From NCBI GenBank assembly GCA_964535715.1, contig CAZHUO010000003.1, positions 256-64,255 of the forward strand: a DNA stretch of 64,000 nt, read 5' to 3'. The notes below the pieces were generated by a model, which ran no database searches, was not told the origin of the DNA, and saw only the letters and a list, made by a program, of their open reading frames with translations. The position numbers and the translations under genes were made by a program. This document shows positions 58,746 through 64,000 of this stretch, one piece after another (position 1 is the first letter of the stretch; every line of letters starts with the position of its first letter). The stretch comes from an uncultured Gammaproteobacteria bacterium (GTDB lineage: Bacteria > Patescibacteriota > Patescibacteriia > Buchananbacterales > UBA6539).

Positions 58746-58865
58746 ATGCCCCATTTGGATGATGAATGTCCATGCGGTTCCGGCAAGCCTTATGGCGAAT
58801 GCTGTGGCGCGGCGCAACCTTGCGATTGCGGTTCAGGCAAACCGGCTGGCGAGTGTTGCTATTAA
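58746..58865 (+). CDS. 39-aa double SEC-C zinc-binding microprotein
   Basis: MPHLDDECPCGSGKPYGECCGAAQPCDCGSGKPAGECCY*; below the ORF-track cut-off. Confidence 0.75.
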   Translation: MPHLDDECPCGSGKPYGECCGAAQPCDCGSGKPAGECCY

Positions 58866-59005
58866 AAATATAGTTTGAATAATATCTAAGTAAACTTAGG
58901 TGAGGTTAAATTTATTAATTTAGCCCCCTTGAGTTTTTTTTCAATTTGTATTAGTTTAAGATAGTAAAAACAAAAGTGTAATTTAATTAATAATAAATAT
59001 AAACT

Positions 59006-60985
59006 ATGTTTCAGTATGAGTATTTTGCTGTAATTATTGCCGTTTTTTCTCTGGTTTTTGCCGGATATTTAGCGTGGCAATTAAAAAAACAGCCGGTAGT
59101 TGACCAAAAGGCCAAAGAAATTTCCGATATTATCCATCAGGGATCAATGGCTTTTTTAAACAAGGAATATAAAATTTTGGCGATTTTTGTTTTAATTGTC
59201 GCTGCCTTAATTTGGTTTGTTCCGGCTTTAAGCTGGAAAACCGCCATTTGTTTTGTTGCTGGGGCAATTTTTTCAGTTGTTTCAGGAAATATCGGCATGC
59301 GAATTGCCACTTTGGCGAATGTTCGAACCGCTGAGGCAGCAAAAAAAGATTTATTTGACGGATTGAAAGTTGCATTTTCATCCGGCAGCGTAATGGGCCT
59401 TTCGGTTGTAGGACTTGGTTTACTTGGGGTAAGTGTGGCTTACATTATTTTTAAAGATCCCAACGTTATTTACGGTTTTGGCTTTGGTGCTTCCGGGGTT
59501 GCGCTTTTTGCTAGGGTTGGAGGCGGAATTTATACAAAAGCCGCCGATGTCGGAGCTGATTTAGTAGGTAAAGTTGAAGCTGGTATTCCTGAAGATGATC
59601 CTCGTAATCCGGCCGTTATTGCCGATAATGTCGGTGATAATGTCGGCGATGTTGCCGGCATGGGAGCAGATTTATTTGAAAGTTATGTTGATTCGATAAT
59701 TGCCGCCATGGCATTGGGTATGCTTGGTGTTGCAACCTTTGGTCCGCAGGCAGTGGTTTTACCTTTGCTTTTGGCCGGGGTTGGTTTAGTTGCATCAATA
59801 TTAGGTAATTTTGTAATTAAATCTTTTAAAAAAGGCAATCCTCATTCAGTTTTGAACTGGGGAATTTGGTCAGCGGCCGTATTGACAGCCATAGGTTCAT
59901 TGCCGGCCATATATTATACGGTCGGTGATTTAAAAGTTTATTACGCGCTTTTAGTCGGGTTGGTTTCTGGAATCGTTATCGGCTTGGTTACCGAATATTA
60001 TACCTCTGATAAAAATAAGCCTGCTCAGGAAGTGGCTAAAGCGGCTGAATCCGGCCCGGCAACCAATATTATCTCCGGCTTTGCATTGGGGCTGATGAGT
60101 ACAATTATTCCGGTAATAGTGATTGCCATTGCGATATTTTTAGCATATAAGTTTGGTGGGCTTTTTGGAATTGCAATTGCTTCAGTCGGCATGCTTGCCA
60201 CTTTGGGAATTACATTAGCAACTGATACTTACGGTCCGGTAGCTGATAATGCCGCCGGAATTGCCGAAATGGCAAAAATGGGCGATGAAACCAGAAAACG
60301 GGCGGAAGAACTTGATGCGGTTGGAAATACCACTGCCGCAATTGGAAAAGGTTTCGCAATCGGTTCAGCTGCTTTAACGGCGCTGGTACTATTGGTTAGC
60401 TTCGGTCAAGCGGTTAATTTAGAAGTTATAAATTTATTGGATACCAAAGTTTTAATCGGCTTATTTATTGGCGGTTTGCTGCCTTGCGTTTTCTGCGCTT
60501 TTTCAATGAAAGCGGTAGGCAAAGCGGCATTTGAAATGGTCCAGGAAGTCCGCCGTCAATTTAAAGAAATTGCCGGCATTATGGAAGGTACAGGCAAGCC
60601 TGATTATAATCGCTGTATAGAAATTTCCACTGCCGCCGCTTTAAAGAGAATGATTGCTCCGGGCTTAATTGCCGTTGTAGTTCCGGTTGTTGTCGGCGTT
60701 GTTTTGGGACCGCAGGCTTTAGCCGGTCTTTTAGCTGGTTCAACGTTAACCGGATTTTTATTGGCAGTAATTATGGCTAATGCCGGCGGTGCTTGGGATA
60801 ATGCAAAAAAATACATTGAAGCCGGAAATTTAGGTGGGAAGGGTTCAGCCGCTCATAAGGCAGCTGTAGTCGGTGATACAGTCGGCGATCCGTTTAAGGA
60901 CACTTCCGGGCCAAGCTTAAATATTTTGATCAAGTTGATGGCAATTATTTCGATTATAATTGCTCCGTTATTATTGACTTTGTAA
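59006..60985 (+). CDS. hppA: Membrane-bound ion-translocating pyrophosphatase (K+-dependent type)
   Basis: [39 protein letters not shown] (Ala = K+-dependent), [14 protein letters not shown]. Confidence 0.93.
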   Translation: MFQYEYFAVIIAVFSLVFAGYLAWQLKKQPVVDQKAKEISDIIHQGSMAFLNKEYKILAIFVLIVAALIWFVPALSWKTAICFVAGAIFSVVSGNIGMRIATLANVRTAEAAKKDLFDGLKVAFSSGSVMGLSVVGLGLLGVSVAYIIFKDPNVIYGFGFGASGVALFARVGGGIYTKAADVGADLVGKVEAGIPEDDPRNPAVIADNVGDNVGDVAGMGADLFESYVDSIIAAMALGMLGVATFGPQAVVLPLLLAGVGLVASILGNFVIKSFKKGNPHSVLNWGIWSAAVLTAIGSLPAIYYTVGDLKVYYALLVGLVSGIVIGLVTEYYTSDKNKPAQEVAKAAESGPATNIISGFALGLMSTIIPVIVIAIAIFLAYKFGGLFGIAIASVGMLATLGITLATDTYGPVADNAAGIAEMAKMGDETRKRAEELDAVGNTTAAIGKGFAIGSAALTALVLLVSFGQAVNLEVINLLDTKVLIGLFIGGLLPCVFCAFSMKAVGKAAFEMVQEVRRQFKEIAGIMEGTGKPDYNRCIEISTAAALKRMIAPGLIAVVVPVVVGVVLGPQALAGLLAGSTLTGFLLAVIMANAGGAWDNAKKYIEAGNLGGKGSAAHKAAVVGDTVGDPFKDTSGPSLNILIKLMAIISIIIAPLLLTL

Positions 60986-61001
60986 TAAAATAATTTTCAA
61001 T

Positions 61002-61039
61002 AAAAAATCCGCTTTGCAATTTTTGAAGCGGATTTTTTT
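61002..61039. terminator. Bidirectional-type intrinsic terminator
   Basis: aaaaaatccgctt ... aagcggattttttt. Confidence 0.75.
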
Positions 61040-61043
61040 ATTG

Positions 61044-61072
61044 TTGACAAATAAGTTATTTTGGATTAACAT
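61044..61072 (+). promoter_or_regulatory. Putative sigma70 promoter
   Basis: TTGACA-N17-TAACAT. Confidence 0.55.
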
Positions 61073-61130
61073 AAAAAACTAGGAAACCGCCAATGAAAAT
61101 TAGGGAAAACCAAAAAAAGGAGAAAAACTG

Positions 61131-61397
61131 ATGAAATGCCCAGTATGTGAAAATGAAACCTCGGTGGTTGATAGTAGGATATCTAAAGATGGCAAACGAA
61201 TCAGACGGCGCAGACAGTGCCAAAATCCAAAATGCAAAGAGCGCTTTACCACATATGAAGTTTTTGATGAAACCCTGAAAGATTTGCCTTCTTCTTCTGT
61301 TAAAACCATGGTGGTTGCATTAACACACCTCATTTCTTTATTGCCAAGAGAGGCGCAAGAGGATGTTGTTGAGAGGATTAATACCAACAGCCGGTAA
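61131..61397 (+). CDS. NrdR-like zinc-ribbon protein lacking the ATP-cone
   Basis: [26 protein letters not shown] then an unrelated short tail; AGGAG SD. Confidence 0.7.
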   Translation: MKCPVCENETSVVDSRISKDGKRIRRRRQCQNPKCKERFTTYEVFDETLKDLPSSSVKTMVVALTHLISLLPREAQEDVVERINTNSR

Positions 61398-61410
61398 AAT
61401 ACTGGCTGTC

Positions 61411-61634
61411 TTTTTTTATGTTCCAAAGCCTGTCATGGCGCTTAACAATGCATTCATGCGAATACTATAGTTCCGCAGCCGGTCTCTCAACCTACAGTAC
61501 TTGTCTATTTTTGTCATCCTGAACTTGATTCAGGATCTGGGGAAGCCTTGAGACTCTGAAACCCGCCTTCACTTCGTTTCGGCGGGCAGGCAAGTTCAGA
61601 GTGACAAAATATATGAATACTCAATCGTAATGAC
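61411..61634 (-). repeat. Composite nested REP-like element, copy 2 (inverted relative to 48821-49044)
   Basis: Reverse complement aligns along its length with copy 1. Confidence 0.85.
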
Positions 61635-61648
61635 AATAACAAGCAATA

Positions 61649-61677
61649 TTGACATTCAGCTTTTTAATCGCTAATAT
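61649..61677 (+). promoter_or_regulatory. Putative sigma70 promoter of pgk
   Basis: TTGACA-N17-TAATAT. Confidence 0.55.
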
Positions 61678-61736
61678 AAAGCCGCAAGAAATAATGGATT
61701 GACCTTTAAAATCGTTACAAAATAGGAGAGTTTTTT

Positions 61737-62993
61737 ATGAACAAGATGACAGTTAGAGATGTTGATTTAAGAGGAAAAAGAGTTTTGATGCGGGTTGACT
61801 ATAACGTACCGCTGAATGAGAGCGGAATAATTACTGACGACAGCCGGATTGTTGCAAGTCTGCCGACTATCCAGTACATTCTTAGCCAAGGTGCAAGCCT
61901 GATTTTGATAAGTCATCTGGGCCGGCCAAAAGGCAAAGGATATGAATCTAAATTCAGTTTAAAACCGGTACATGAAAAATTAAAATCATTGCTAGGATTT
62001 TCTGTTAAATGGTGCAGTAGCTGCGCCAGCCCGGTCAGCTTAAAAAAGGCGAGCTATTTAAAACCGGGTCAAGTTATGCTTTGTGAAAACACCCGTTTTT
62101 ATGCCGACGAAGGAAAAGCTGATTTAAAAGGTGTTCCAGAAAACAAAGTAGCGGCAGCTAAAAATTTGGCAAAAAATGATCAGAGAGAATTGGCCAATTG
62201 GCTTACTTGTCTTGGAGACGGAAGTGTTTTTGTTCAGGATGCTTTTGCCTGCGTTCACCGTGCTCATGCTTCAACTACCCTTGTCTGCGCTGACTATCAA
62301 TACAAAGTCGCCGGTTTATTAATTGAAAAAGAAGTCGACCGACTGATTGCAACCAGGGATTACCCGGAAAAGCCATTTTTGCTTATTTTGGGTGGGGCAA
62401 AAGTAAGCGATAAAATCGAGGTGATCGAATATCTGCTTGATAAGGTAGATGCTGTATTAATCGGCGGTCTGATGGCCTATACTTTTTTGGCAGCTTTGGG
62501 AAAACCAACCGGTTCTACTAAAATTGAAGAAGAATCACTGCCAAAGGCAATAGAAATTTTAAGGTCTGCAGATGAAAAAAACATAAAAATTGTTTTGCCG
62601 GTTGATAGTGTTGTTAATAAAACAGCTGACAATAATTTTTCAGCCGAAGTGGTTGGAGAAAGAATTGAAGCTGGCTGGCGTGGCCTTGGTATTGGTCCAA
62701 AAACTATAGAGTTATTTAAGACAGAAATTACTAAGGCTAAAACAGTTTTTTGGAACGGGCCTTTGGGCTTGGCGGAACTAGAGGTATTTTCTAAAGGTAC
62801 CAAGGAAGTTGCTGAGTCCGTTGCCAACCTTTCTGATGCCACTACGGTAATTGGCGGCGGGGATACTGTCTCGGTTATTTCCCAGCTTGGTCTGAGCCAA
62901 AAAATAACCTTTATGTCGACTGGCGGAGGAGCCACTTTGGAATTTCTAAGTGGTAAGAAATTGCCGGGTCTGGAAGTCCTGACGGACAAATAA
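61737..62993 (+). CDS. pgk: Phosphoglycerate kinase
   Basis: RVDYNVP, SHLGRPKG, HRAHAS, GGAKVSDKI, WNGPLG, GGGDT, STGGGA. Confidence 0.96.
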   Translation: MNKMTVRDVDLRGKRVLMRVDYNVPLNESGIITDDSRIVASLPTIQYILSQGASLILISHLGRPKGKGYESKFSLKPVHEKLKSLLGFSVKWCSSCASPVSLKKASYLKPGQVMLCENTRFYADEGKADLKGVPENKVAAAKNLAKNDQRELANWLTCLGDGSVFVQDAFACVHRAHASTTLVCADYQYKVAGLLIEKEVDRLIATRDYPEKPFLLILGGAKVSDKIEVIEYLLDKVDAVLIGGLMAYTFLAALGKPTGSTKIEEESLPKAIEILRSADEKNIKIVLPVDSVVNKTADNNFSAEVVGERIEAGWRGLGIGPKTIELFKTEITKAKTVFWNGPLGLAELEVFSKGTKEVAESVANLSDATTVIGGGDTVSVISQLGLSQKITFMSTGGGATLEFLSGKKLPGLEVLTDK

Positions 62994-63000
62994 ATCATCC

Positions 63001-63030
63001 ACCGCTTAGCAGATGCTAGGCGGTATTTTT
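63001..63030 (+). terminator. Intrinsic terminator after pgk
   Basis: accgcttagc-agat-gctaggcggt plus T-tract; nearly the same sequence as the terminator at 49045-49066. Confidence 0.7.
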
Positions 63031-63108
63031 ATAAACGCAAATTGCACAAATGACAGATACCAACGATGTGAATATATTCGCAGTTATTTGTGCAATTAGC
63101 GTTTGCCA

Positions 63109-64000
<892 letters not shown>

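Noticed and set aside
129-62998. Numerous short antisense or alternate-frame ORFs in the track (for example 129-578, 28220-28783, 30477-30884, 41026-41505, 62477-62998)
   Set aside because: Shadows of well-supported genes on the opposite strand or frame
63033-63104. Inverted repeat between pgk and gap as an ncRNA
   Set aside because: A single AT-rich hairpin like the other intergenic palindromes; no further support

Overview
AT-rich bacterial chromosome segment (standard code; TGA is used as stop). Gene content and style point to Patescibacteria/CPR, by inference: short MurE with EDPY motif, HIGF-type MetG, Parcubacteria-style type IV pilus operon and mostly SD-less AT-rich leaders. Core genes are pheS, murE, a type IV pilus operon, trxB/glutaredoxin, uvrB/uvrA/uvrC, rsmI-metG-cvpA-tatD, a membrane PPase, pgk and a partial gap. 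Two accessory enzyme clusters stand out. (1) 3.9-11.5 kb: CGA-synthase-like glycosyltransferase, a second GT, NTase-kinase fusion, PfkB, MTase, NUDIX, B12 radical SAM and an NDT-like protein, downstream of a 7TM-GAF two-component system. (2) 15.9-27 kb: murE divergent from a C45 acyltransferase, a MurL-like PP-loop ATPase, three ATP-grasp domains, a PLP decarboxylase and an ABC exporter. This is a candidate undescribed peptide or cell-wall-peptide pathway. The window also has many palindromic elements: some inserted in frame in proteins, two interrupting duplicated gene starts. Other items are a GC-rich monomeric PheS-like ligase next to pheS, a pseudoknotted ncRNA candidate at 53.5-53.75 kb, a Cys-rich giant pilin with a 786-bp-period internal duplication, and a eukaryote-like GAPDH. 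No rRNA, tRNA, CRISPR array or transposase was recognised. All family calls come from motif recognition, not database searches.
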